A stretch of 64,000 nucleotides of DNA from Myxococcota bacterium (GTDB taxonomy: Bacteria; Myxococcota_A; UBA796; UBA2385): the NCBI GenBank assembly GCA_044344255.1, contig JBIJDH010000005.1:32001-96000 (forward strand), read 5' to 3'. The notes below the pieces were generated by a model. It saw nothing but the letters and a program-made list of their open reading frames with translations, made no database searches and had not been told where the DNA came from. The position numbers were made by a program, and so were the translations under genes. This document shows positions 56,435 through 64,000 of this stretch, in pieces. How positions within the stretch are numbered: position 1 is the stretch's first letter; the number at the start of each line of letters is the position of its first letter.

Positions 56435-59400
56435 CAGAGGCCCTCAACCGGGATGGCTTCGGATTCGGGTTCGAGGTCAAGCTCGGCCACCTCCTCGGAC
56501 ATGATGCCCACCCGCACGAGCAGCCGGCGGAGGAGGACCATCAGGTCATCGAGGAGCGAGTAGGCGACGGGCGTGGCGAGCAGCGTGAGCAGGAGGGAGA
56601 GCGTCTGCCCGCCCACCACGACGCCGGCGGTGGCCTTGTTGAAGCCGGAGCCGACGCCGTCGGAGAGCACGAGGGGCAGCATGCCGGCCACGAAGGCCAC
56701 GGTGGTCATGAGGATCGGCCGGAGGCGGTCCTTGTTGGCCTGGAGGATGGCCTCGAGGCGCGGCAGGCCGTGGGCGCGGAGCTGGTTCGTGTGATCGATC
56801 TGGAGGATCGAGTTCTTCTTCACGATGCCGAAGAGCACGAAGATGCCGAGCACGCTGAACATGTCGAGGGCCTGACCGGTGATGACGATCGAGAGCACCG
56901 CGAAGGGCAAGGTGAGGGGCAGCGAGAGGAGGATCGTGAAGGGGTGCAGCCAGCTCTCGAACTGGGCGGCGAGGATCAGGTACATGAAGATGAAGGCGAG
57001 GCCGAATCCGAAGAGCACGCTCTGCGCGGTCTCCATCATCAGCTTCGTCTGCCCGACCGGCTTGAGCGAGTAGCTCGAGGGCAGGTTCATCTCGGTCACG
57101 ATGCGCTGGAGCTCGTCGCCGATCACGCTGTCGCCGATCCCGGGGGCCGCGTTGGCGGTGATGAGCACGGTGCGCTGCCGGGCGAGGCGGTTGATGCTCG
57201 AGGGGCCGGTGCCGTCGGCGCTGTGTACGACGTCGAGCAGGTTGACCGAGCCCACCTTCGCCGAGGGCACCGAGAGCAGCCCGAGGGTGGCGGGGTCGTT
57301 GCGGTACTCGGAGGCCGAGCGCATGCGGATGTCGTACTGCTCGCCGTTCTCCTCGTAGGTGCCCACCTTCATGCCGCCGACCAGCATTCGGAGGGTCATG
57401 GCGATGTCGGTGACGCCGACGCCGAGCTCCGCCGCCTTGGCACGATCGATGTAGACGCCGAGCTCCGGCTTGCCGACGACGAGGGAGGAGTCGACGTCGA
57501 CGGCGCCCGGGAAGGTCGCGAGCTTCGCCACCACCTCGTTGGTGATCGTCGAGAGGCGCTCGAGGTCAGGGCCGGTGAGGTTGTACTGGATGCGCGCGGT
57601 GGACTGCCCGGAGCCGCCGAAGTCGGGCACGATCTGCACCTGGATGCGCAGCTCCTTCGGCTGGTGCGACACGATCTCCTTGCGCGTCTTCTCCATCAGG
57701 GCGTCCTGGGAGAGCTCGCGGGTGGTGGGATCGGTCAGCTTCACGAAGACGCGCGCCACGTTCTCGATGGCCTGATCATCGGCGGCGACGGTGGTGAGCG
57801 TCGCGGCGACCCCCTCGACGCGGCGCACCTCCTCGGCGAGGCGCTCCCCGTAGAGTTTGGTGGTCTCGATGCTGCTGCCTTCGGGGGCGCGTACCAGCAC
57901 CTCGAACTGGGCGCGGTCATCGACGGGGAGGAAGCCCTTCTTGGCCATGCCGCCGAAGATGGGCAGCGTCGCCATCGACAGGGCGCAAGCGAGCACCACC
58001 ACCCAGCGGTGCCGCATCGCGAAGCCGAGGGCGCGCATGTAGACCCGCTCAATCGGCCGGTAGAAGACCTCCACCACCTTCTCGAGGCCCTGCGGCCCCT
58101 CGTGCTCGCCCGCCACCTTGGCCCGCAGCCAGCGGCTCGCCAGCATCGGGGTGAGCGAGAAGGAGACGAAGAGCGAGACCGCGATGGCGATGCTCATCGT
58201 GATGCCGAAAGAGCGGAGGAAGCGCCCGGGGATGCCGGCGAGGAAGGCCACCGGCATGAAGACGGCGATGAGGGAGAGGGTGGTCGCCAGCACTGCGAGG
58301 CCGATCTCCTTCGTGCCCTCCACGGCGGCGCGCATCGGCGTGCGGCCCTTCTCTTCGACGAAGCGGAAGATGTTCTCGAGCACCACGATGGCGTCGTCAA
58401 TGACGATGCCCACCGACAGGGCGAGGGCGAGGAGCGTGATGGTGTTGAGCGTGTAGTCGAGGGCCGCCATCACCGCGAAGGTGCCGATGACCGAGGTGGG
58501 GATGGCCACGGCGGCGATGATGGTGGACCGCCAGTTGCCGAGGAAGGCGAGCACCACGAGGGCGGCGAGGAGGGCGCCCACGACGAGGTGCTCCTTCACG
58601 CTGTTGGTGCCGGTGCGGATGACGCCGGAGGCGTCGCGCGTGGTCTCGAGCTTGTAGCCGAGGGGGAGCTCGGCGCGGAGCTCGCCCAGGCGCTCGGCGA
58701 TGGCGTCGGCGACGGCGATGGTGTTGGCGCCCGACTGCTTGCGGATGGCCAGCATGACGGTGGGCTCGCCGTTCCAGAGGGCGGCGGAGGCGGTCTCCTC
58801 GCTGCCGTCCTCTACCCGGGCGACGTCTTCGACGCGGATGACGTGGTCGCCCGCGGTGCGCACGGCGATCTTGCCGATCTCGGCGGTGCTCTCGACCCGG
58901 CCGTGGACCCGGAGGGTGAGCTGCTCGCGGCCGGTGTCGATGCGACCGCCGGGGACGTTGACGTTCTCGGTGCCGATCGCGCGGGCGACCTCCCCCGGAG
59001 CGACGTTCAGGCTGCGCAGGCGGATGGGATCGAGCCAGACGTGCAGCGTGCGCTTGCTGCCGCCGACGATGCGGACCTGGCCGACGCCGGGCAGCACCTC
59101 GAGCGACTCGCGGACCTTCTGGTCTGCATACTCGGTGATCTCCCGGATCGAGCGGCCCTCGGCGGTGAGCGCCGCGTAGACGATGGGGGATGCGTCGGGG
59201 TCGAGCTTGGCGACGACCGGCTTCTCGACGTCGTCGGGCAGCTCGGCCATGATGCGGTCGATGCGGTCGCGCACGTCCTGCGCCGCGATGTTGACGTCCT
59301 GCTCGAGCTTGAACTGCACGATCACGAGAGACATGCTCTCGGTCGAGATGCTGCGCAGCTCTTCGATGTTGCCGATGGTGTTGACCGCCGACTCGATCTT

Positions 59401-59598
59401 GTCGGAGACGTCGGTCTCGATGTCCTGGGGCGAGGCGCCGGGGAGGATGGTGGTGATGGCGACGATGGGGAGGTCGACGTTGGGGAACTGATCGACGCCC
59501 AGGCGGGAGTAGCCGGCGATGCCGAGCACCACGATGAGGAGCGTGAGGACCGTCGCGAAGATCGGCCTGCGGACACAGATTTCAGCGAGCCATTGCAT
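56434..59598 (-). CDS. RND efflux permease (AcrB/AcrD/AcrF family)
   Basis: RRPIFA, GIVIDDAIVVLENI, LAAQFES, GIVKKNSIL, RLRPILMTT. Confidence 0.96.
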   Translation of the reverse strand: MQWLAEICVRRPIFATVLTLLIVVLGIAGYSRLGVDQFPNVDLPIVAITTILPGASPQDIETDVSDKIESAVNTIGNIEELRSISTESMSLVIVQFKLEQDVNIAAQDVRDRIDRIMAELPDDVEKPVVAKLDPDASPIVYAALTAEGRSIREITEYADQKVRESLEVLPGVGQVRIVGGSKRTLHVWLDPIRLRSLNVAPGEVARAIGTENVNVPGGRIDTGREQLTLRVHGRVESTAEIGKIAVRTAGDHVIRVEDVARVEDGSEETASAALWNGEPTVMLAIRKQSGANTIAVADAIAERLGELRAELPLGYKLETTRDASGVIRTGTNSVKEHLVVGALLAALVVLAFLGNWRSTIIAAVAIPTSVIGTFAVMAALDYTLNTITLLALALSVGIVIDDAIVVLENIFRFVEEKGRTPMRAAVEGTKEIGLAVLATTLSLIAVFMPVAFLAGIPGRFLRSFGITMSIAIAVSLFVSFSLTPMLASRWLRAKVAGEHEGPQGLEKVVEVFYRPIERVYMRALGFAMRHRWVVVLACALSMATLPIFGGMAKKGFLPVDDRAQFEVLVRAPEGSSIETTKLYGERLAEEVRRVEGVAATLTTVAADDQAIENVARVFVKLTDPTTRELSQDALMEKTRKEIVSHQPKELRIQVQIVPDFGGSGQSTARIQYNLTGPDLERLSTITNEVVAKLATFPGAVDVDSSLVVGKPELGVYIDRAKAAELGVGVTDIAMTLRMLVGGMKVGTYEENGEQYDIRMRSASEYRNDPATLGLLSVPSAKVGSVNLLDVVHSADGTGPSSINRLARQRTVLITANAAPGIGDSVIGDELQRIVTEMNLPSSYSLKPVGQTKLMMETAQSVLFGFGLAFIFMYLILAAQFESWLHPFTILLSLPLTLPFAVLSIVITGQALDMFSVLGIFVLFGIVKKNSILQIDHTNQLRAHGLPRLEAILQANKDRLRPILMTTVAFVAGMLPLVLSDGVGSGFNKATAGVVVGGQTLSLLLTLLATPVAYSLLDDLMVLLRRLLVRVGIMSEEVAELDLEPESEAIPVEGL

Positions 59599-59601
59599 GG
59601 T

Positions 59602-60675
59602 TCACTCCACCCGCGTCCCGTCGCGGAGATCGACGGCAGGAGAGAGCACCACGGTGTCCCCGGCGCGGAGGTCGGTGAGGATGGTCACAAAGCCCTCCTT
59701 GCGAGAGCCGACACGGACGACGGTGGCGAAGGCCCGCCCCTCGCGCACGATGTAGACGGTGTTGACGGTGCCCTCGGTCTGGACGGCGGCCTCGGGCACC
59801 ACCACCTGATCGTTGGCGGCCACCACCAGCTCGACCTGGGCGAACATGCCGGGGCGGAGGAGGCGCTCGGGGTCTTCGATCACCGCCTCGACGATGAGGT
59901 CGCGGGTCATGTCACGCAGCGCCGGGCTCACGAAGCGGACGACGCCGGTGAAGTGTTTGCCCTCGTAGGCGGGCACGGTGATCGAGACCGGCGCCTCCAT
60001 CGCCACCAGGGAGACCTGGCGCTCGGGCACGGAGAAGCGGAGCCGGAGCGCCCCTTCGGCGTAGAGGGCGATCACGGGGCTCTGGGCGCCGACAAACTCG
60101 CCGACGTCGACAAAACGATCGCCGACCTGGCCGGCGAAGGGCGCGCGGATGCTGGTCTTGCTGGCCTGGGTGCTGGCGATGGCGGCGCCGGCCCGGGCCG
60201 CGGAGAGGGCCTCCTCTTGGGCCTTGCAGGCGGCCATCGTGCGGTCGTACTGGGCCTGGGCGATGGCCCCGCCCTGGAAGAGCGTCTCGGCGCGGGCGCA
60301 GTCGAGCTTGGCGGCCTCGAGCTGGGCGCTGGCGAGGCCGGCCTGGGCGGCGGAGGCGGTGGCGTTGAGGCGGGCGAGGGCGGTGTCGACCACCGCGATG
60401 ACCTGCCCCTTGGTGACGACATCGCCGCGCTCCACCCGCATCTCGACGATGCTGCCGTTGGCGTCGGCGGCGACCCGGACCTGACGCTCCGCGACGAGCG
60501 AGCCTGTGAAGAGCGCGGTGTCGGGCATCGGCTGGCGGGTGGCGGCGACGGTCTCGACCGAGACGGGGATGTCGGCGCCGGTGGCGTCGGCCGCGGAGCC
60601 GGCCTCCTCTCCACCCCCACACGCGAGGGCGGCGATCAGCAGGGTAGAGAGGGTGAGGACCAGGATTGGGCGCAT
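59602..60675 (-). CDS. RND periplasmic adaptor (membrane fusion protein), lipoprotein
   Basis: LAC lipobox, G..VTKGQ, IRAPFAG, LRPGMF, VPEAAV. Confidence 0.93.
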   Translation of the reverse strand: MRPILVLTLSTLLIAALACGGGEEAGSAADATGADIPVSVETVAATRQPMPDTALFTGSLVAERQVRVAADANGSIVEMRVERGDVVTKGQVIAVVDTALARLNATASAAQAGLASAQLEAAKLDCARAETLFQGGAIAQAQYDRTMAACKAQEEALSAARAGAAIASTQASKTSIRAPFAGQVGDRFVDVGEFVGAQSPVIALYAEGALRLRFSVPERQVSLVAMEAPVSITVPAYEGKHFTGVVRFVSPALRDMTRDLIVEAVIEDPERLLRPGMFAQVELVVAANDQVVVPEAAVQTEGTVNTVYIVREGRAFATVVRVGSRKEGFVTILTDLRAGDTVVLSPAVDLRDGTRVE

Positions 60676-60697
60676 GTTTGCTCGGGAAGCGCTGGGT

Positions 60698-61285
60698 TCA
60701 GCGCGCTTCGATGCCAGTGAGGTAGATGTCGATGACGCCGTCGAGCCAGGCCTCCGGGGTCTCCTGGTGGACGTGGCCCATGCCGAGCCCCTCCAGGATG
60801 GCGAAGTCGCGGAGGAGGCCGCTGAAGGCGCGGGCGGCGAAGAGGGTGTCGATCGGGCGGAGCCGGCCGGCCGCGCGGTGAGCGTTGAGCAGCTCGACGA
60901 GGGGGTCCGAGGCGTGGGCCTCGCCGAACATCTCGATCGGGCAGCGCCCGAGCAGGTCGACGCCAGCGCCGAAGCCCATCACCAGCACGGGGGCAAAGGT
61001 GCGGTAGAGCGAGAGCAGCGCGAGGCCGAGGCTGCGGAGGCCGACCCGAGGGTCTGGCTCTTCGAGGAGGGCGGGCAGCAGGGGGGTGAGCGACTGCATC
61101 GTCGCCCGCACGATCACCGCGACGAAGAGGTGCTCCTTCGTCTCGAAGCGGAGGAAGACCGTGGCCGAGGAGACGCCGGCCCGGCGCGCGATCTCGCTGA
61201 CCGGGGCCTGATAGCCCTTCTCCAGGAAGACCGAGCGTGCGGCGTCGAGGAGGGACTCGTCGGAGATGGTTCGGGGCCGTGCCAT
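60698..61285 (-). CDS. TetR/AcrR family regulator
   Basis: MARPR..LLDAARSVFLEKGY..IARRAGVS.ATVF.RFETKEHLF. Confidence 0.93.
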   Translation of the reverse strand: MARPRTISDESLLDAARSVFLEKGYQAPVSEIARRAGVSSATVFLRFETKEHLFVAVIVRATMQSLTPLLPALLEEPDPRVGLRSLGLALLSLYRTFAPVLVMGFGAGVDLLGRCPIEMFGEAHASDPLVELLNAHRAAGRLRPIDTLFAARAFSGLLRDFAILEGLGMGHVHQETPEAWLDGVIDIYLTGIEAR

Positions 61286-61290
61286 TCCTG

Positions 61291-61304
61291 ACTGACTAAT
61301 CAGT
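61291..61304. promoter_or_regulatory. Candidate TetR operator
   Basis: Near-palindrome ACTGActaaTCAGT 5 nt upstream of the tetR ATG; TTGCCA -35-like hexamer at 61320-61315. Confidence 0.65.
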
Positions 61305-61443
61305 TACATCGGATTGGCAAGCAGGAGGCCTTGAGGCCACGCGCCTCCTGCCGACGGGAGACCCAAGGATCGGCTCATGCAGCGCCCCGGCGACGAATTT
61401 GCATCCGACGAATTAGGGGACGCGCGTTCAATGTGGAGCGCCG

Positions 61444-62565
61444 ATGGGCGGGGAAGGCAACGAGACCGCGGGTCGTGTGGGGTCCGAGGCGGCAGAGGGA
61501 GCCGAGCGGGTGCTCGTCGTGGGCTGTGGGGGCATCGGCGGCATCGTCGCAGCGGGCCTCCTCGAGCACGACCGAGAGCTCGTTCACCCGCCGCTGGTCT
61601 ACACCACCAACTTGCGGGTGGCGGAGGCGGTGCAAGACCGCGGCTTTCGCCTCACGGGGGTGGGAGGCGAGCGTGTGGTGGGCGGCCCCGTCTGCACCGA
61701 GCTCCCCGACAGCCCAGCTTCGTTCGACTGGATCTTGCTGGCCACACCGCCCACGGAGGTCGAGGTCGCCGCCTTGCTGAGCCGGCACCTCCTCTCGCCG
61801 CGGGGCGCCTTCGTCACCTTCCAGAACGGCCTCTGTGAAGAGCGGGTCGCCGCCCTGGCCGGGCCGGAGCGCGTGGTGGGCGGCATCGTCGTCTGGGGGG
61901 CGAGCATGCCCGAGCCCGGGCTCTTCGAGCGGACCAGCGCGGGCGGCTTCACGCTCGGCCGCCTCGACGGTACGATCGATCCGCGGCTGGAGCGGCTCGG
62001 CCTCTTGCTCGAGATCGTGGGGCCGACCACGATCACCCGCAACCTGCGCGGGGCGCGCTGGAGCAAGCTGGCGATCAACTGTGCGATCTCTACCCTCGGC
62101 ACCATCGGAGGGGACCGCCTCGGCGTGCTGCTGCGGATGCGCGCTGTGCGCCGCCTCGCCCTCGAGATCATGACCGAGGCGGTGCAGGTGGCCCGCGCGG
62201 AGGGGGTCACCCTCGAGAAGGTCGCGGGGGCGCTGGATCTCGACTGGCTGGCCCTCACCGAGGTCGACAAGTCCGCTGAGTCCGGCTCCGCCTCCCTCGT
62301 CGCCAAGCACGCCCTGCTGCTCGCGGTGGGCACCCGCTACCGGCGGATGCGATCGAGCATGCTGGCGGCGATCGAGCGGGGGCGGACGCCGCCCGTGGAC
62401 TACCTGAACGGTGAGGTGTCCTCCCGGGGGCGGATCCACGGGATCCCCACCCCGGTCAATGACGCCGCCGGGGCCCTCGTCCACCGCATCGCCCGAGGCG
62501 AGGCCCGATCGAGCCACGACAGCCTCCGCGAGCTGGCGCGGGAGGTCGGCGTCCTCGGGGCTTGA
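61444..62565 (+). CDS. Ketopantoate reductase (PanE/ApbA)-like protein, divergent active site
   Basis: VVGCGGIGG, FQNG, WSKLAINC, SSML..GR...DYLNG. Confidence 0.85.
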   Translation: MGGEGNETAGRVGSEAAEGAERVLVVGCGGIGGIVAAGLLEHDRELVHPPLVYTTNLRVAEAVQDRGFRLTGVGGERVVGGPVCTELPDSPASFDWILLATPPTEVEVAALLSRHLLSPRGAFVTFQNGLCEERVAALAGPERVVGGIVVWGASMPEPGLFERTSAGGFTLGRLDGTIDPRLERLGLLLEIVGPTTITRNLRGARWSKLAINCAISTLGTIGGDRLGVLLRMRAVRRLALEIMTEAVQVARAEGVTLEKVAGALDLDWLALTEVDKSAESGSASLVAKHALLLAVGTRYRRMRSSMLAAIERGRTPPVDYLNGEVSSRGRIHGIPTPVNDAAGALVHRIARGEARSSHDSLRELAREVGVLGA

Positions 62566-62608
62566 GGTGCGCTGGACAGCGTCGGCTCCCCGCGGGTAAG
62601 AGGACAGC

Positions 62609-63109
62609 ATGATGTCCTTCATCACCCTCCTCCTTGGCATGTCAACCTCTGCCTTCGCGGTCACGACCACGCCCTCCCCTGGGCTGGCGGGAGCGCCGGA
62701 TGGTTTCGGCCTCGGCGTCGTGCTCGGCGATCCGAGCGGCCTCTCCCTCGCCTGGCGGAGCGGCGATCGGGGCCTGATCCAGGGGGCGGTGGGCTGGAGC
62801 ACCATCACGGACCGGCTGGAGCTCAACGGCGACTACCTGCTCAACGCCGTGATCTTTGACTCCGAGGCCACGCCGCGGGTGCGATGGCCGCTCTATGTCG
62901 GGCTGGGCGGCCGGCTCCGCCTCGGGGACGCCGACAAGAGGGGGGATGACAGCGTGCTCGGCCTCGGGGCCCGAGTGCCGGTCGGCATCACCTGCCTGCC
63001 GCGCGACCTCCGCCTCGACGCTTTCCTCGAGCTGGTGCCGATCCTCGACCTCTACCCCGAGACCATCGTGCGCCTCGACGCCGGCATCGGCGGCCGCATC
63101 TACTTCTGA
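62609..63109 (+). CDS. Small outer-membrane beta-barrel-like protein (DUF3996-like)
   Basis: Signal peptide, FGLGVVLGDPSGLS, GARVPVGI, FLELVP, terminal GGRIYF. Confidence 0.7.
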   Translation: MMSFITLLLGMSTSAFAVTTTPSPGLAGAPDGFGLGVVLGDPSGLSLAWRSGDRGLIQGAVGWSTITDRLELNGDYLLNAVIFDSEATPRVRWPLYVGLGGRLRLGDADKRGDDSVLGLGARVPVGITCLPRDLRLDAFLELVPILDLYPETIVRLDAGIGGRIYF

Positions 63110-63127
63110 ACCTTCTGGGGCGCGGGC

Positions 63128-63997
63128 TCAGCGCGCCTCGGGCAGGGGCTCGTCGCAGACCTCGACACCGAGCCCCGCTTCCAAGAAGGCGGTCACGCTG
63201 CGCTCCTGGCGGGCCACCTCGATGAGGGCGGCCCACCCCGCCTCCCCGCGGTCGAGGGGCGCGGGCAGGGGGCGTGTGGCGTAGCGCGGGTCGGGATCGG
63301 CGCAGATCACGGGCTGGTCGTCCCAGCCCATCTGGTCGCAGCCGACGGGGTTGGGCTCGCCGTGGTCATGCCAGGTGTGGGGCGTGAGCGGGGCCTGCCG
63401 CGTCTGGGCCCGCGCGGTGCCCCCCGCGACGAGGAGGGCGCCAGGGAGGAGCGGGTGGTTGCCAGCGGCGGTGCAGGGCGGGCTCGGGCAGGCGTGCTGG
63501 ACGAAGTCGGGGTCGGCCACCACCCAGTGGCTCATCACGGCGCCATACTCGTGCACCCCGGTCTCCTCGTTTCGGCAGCCGGGGTCGGCCCCGATGCGGG
63601 CCCCGTCGGGGCAACGGGCAGGGTCGGGGCGGTCTCCGTAAACAAAGCGCCGGTTGCCGCGGGGCCCCGCCACGGCGGCCTCGAGCTCGGAGTAGGTGCA
63701 GAGGCGGCGGCTGCCGTAACGACCGCTGGCCAGGAGCTCGGCGAGCTTCTGGGTGTCCCAGGCGGTCATACCGTCGAGCGTGTAATCCGCCCTCTCGCCG
63801 GGGAAGGGGTAGGCGTCGATGCAGTAGGGGGTGAGGCGGACCGGGTGGGGCGCCACGACGGGGTCGGTGAGGTTGGTCTGCACCCAGCAGGTCAGCGCGC
63901 CCGGGGTGCCGGCGATCGCCGCCCCGCAGCCCGCCTCTGGCGCGTCCACCACGGTGAGGTGCGCGGTCTCGACGATGCCGTAGGGCTGGCCCTGCAT
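63128..63997 (-). CDS. Divergent FGE-sulfatase/SUMF1-like domain protein (may extend beyond the window)
   Basis: YCIDAYPFP, RRLCT.SE.EAA, YGD, C..ETGVHEYGAVMSHWV resembling RLPTE.EWE and GlyD..GNV.EW. Confidence 0.55.
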   Translation of the reverse strand: MQGQPYGIVETAHLTVVDAPEAGCGAAIAGTPGALTCWVQTNLTDPVVAPHPVRLTPYCIDAYPFPGERADYTLDGMTAWDTQKLAELLASGRYGSRRLCTYSELEAAVAGPRGNRRFVYGDRPDPARCPDGARIGADPGCRNEETGVHEYGAVMSHWVVADPDFVQHACPSPPCTAAGNHPLLPGALLVAGGTARAQTRQAPLTPHTWHDHGEPNPVGCDQMGWDDQPVICADPDPRYATRPLPAPLDRGEAGWAALIEVARQERSVTAFLEAGLGVEVCDEPLPEAR

Positions 63998-64000
63998 GCC

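Overview
High-GC bacterial chromosomal window, most likely Myxococcota-like (inferred from a MYXO-CTERM tail, MopE-like/FG-GAP lipoproteins, Hanks-type Ser/Thr kinases and an FHA-AAA+ regulator). Housekeeping and transport genes include hemE-hemN-hemH-hemY, gyrA, a phosphohexomutase, rlpA, mscS, a Fur-family regulator, an orphan Dam-type methylase, a TetR-MFP-RND-TolC efflux operon and an ABC-2 operon. Many Asp-rich surface proteins are also present. Main highlights: (1) a ~2.4 kb integrase-less mini-island (50162-52550) bounded by a 62-bp duplication of the 3' end of an ABC permease gene. It carries an Rpn-like PD-(D/E)XK nuclease with a likely internal translation start (candidate intragenic antitoxin), a lower-GC RHH-like gene and an iteron-like repeat array. 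(2) A twice-occurring module of membrane Ser/Thr kinase + TPR/PEGA-like exported protein + MopE/FG-GAP lipoprotein. One copy is in an operon with a GAFTGA-less FHA-AAA+ regulator, and both copies have a sigma54-type promoter nearby. (3) Many genes have TAnnnT exactly 6 nt before the start codon (leaderless mRNA signature). (4) Recurrent 13-16 bp tandem micro-duplications at gene ends. No rRNA, tRNA or CRISPR array was seen. All family calls come from motif recognition by eye, not from database searches.
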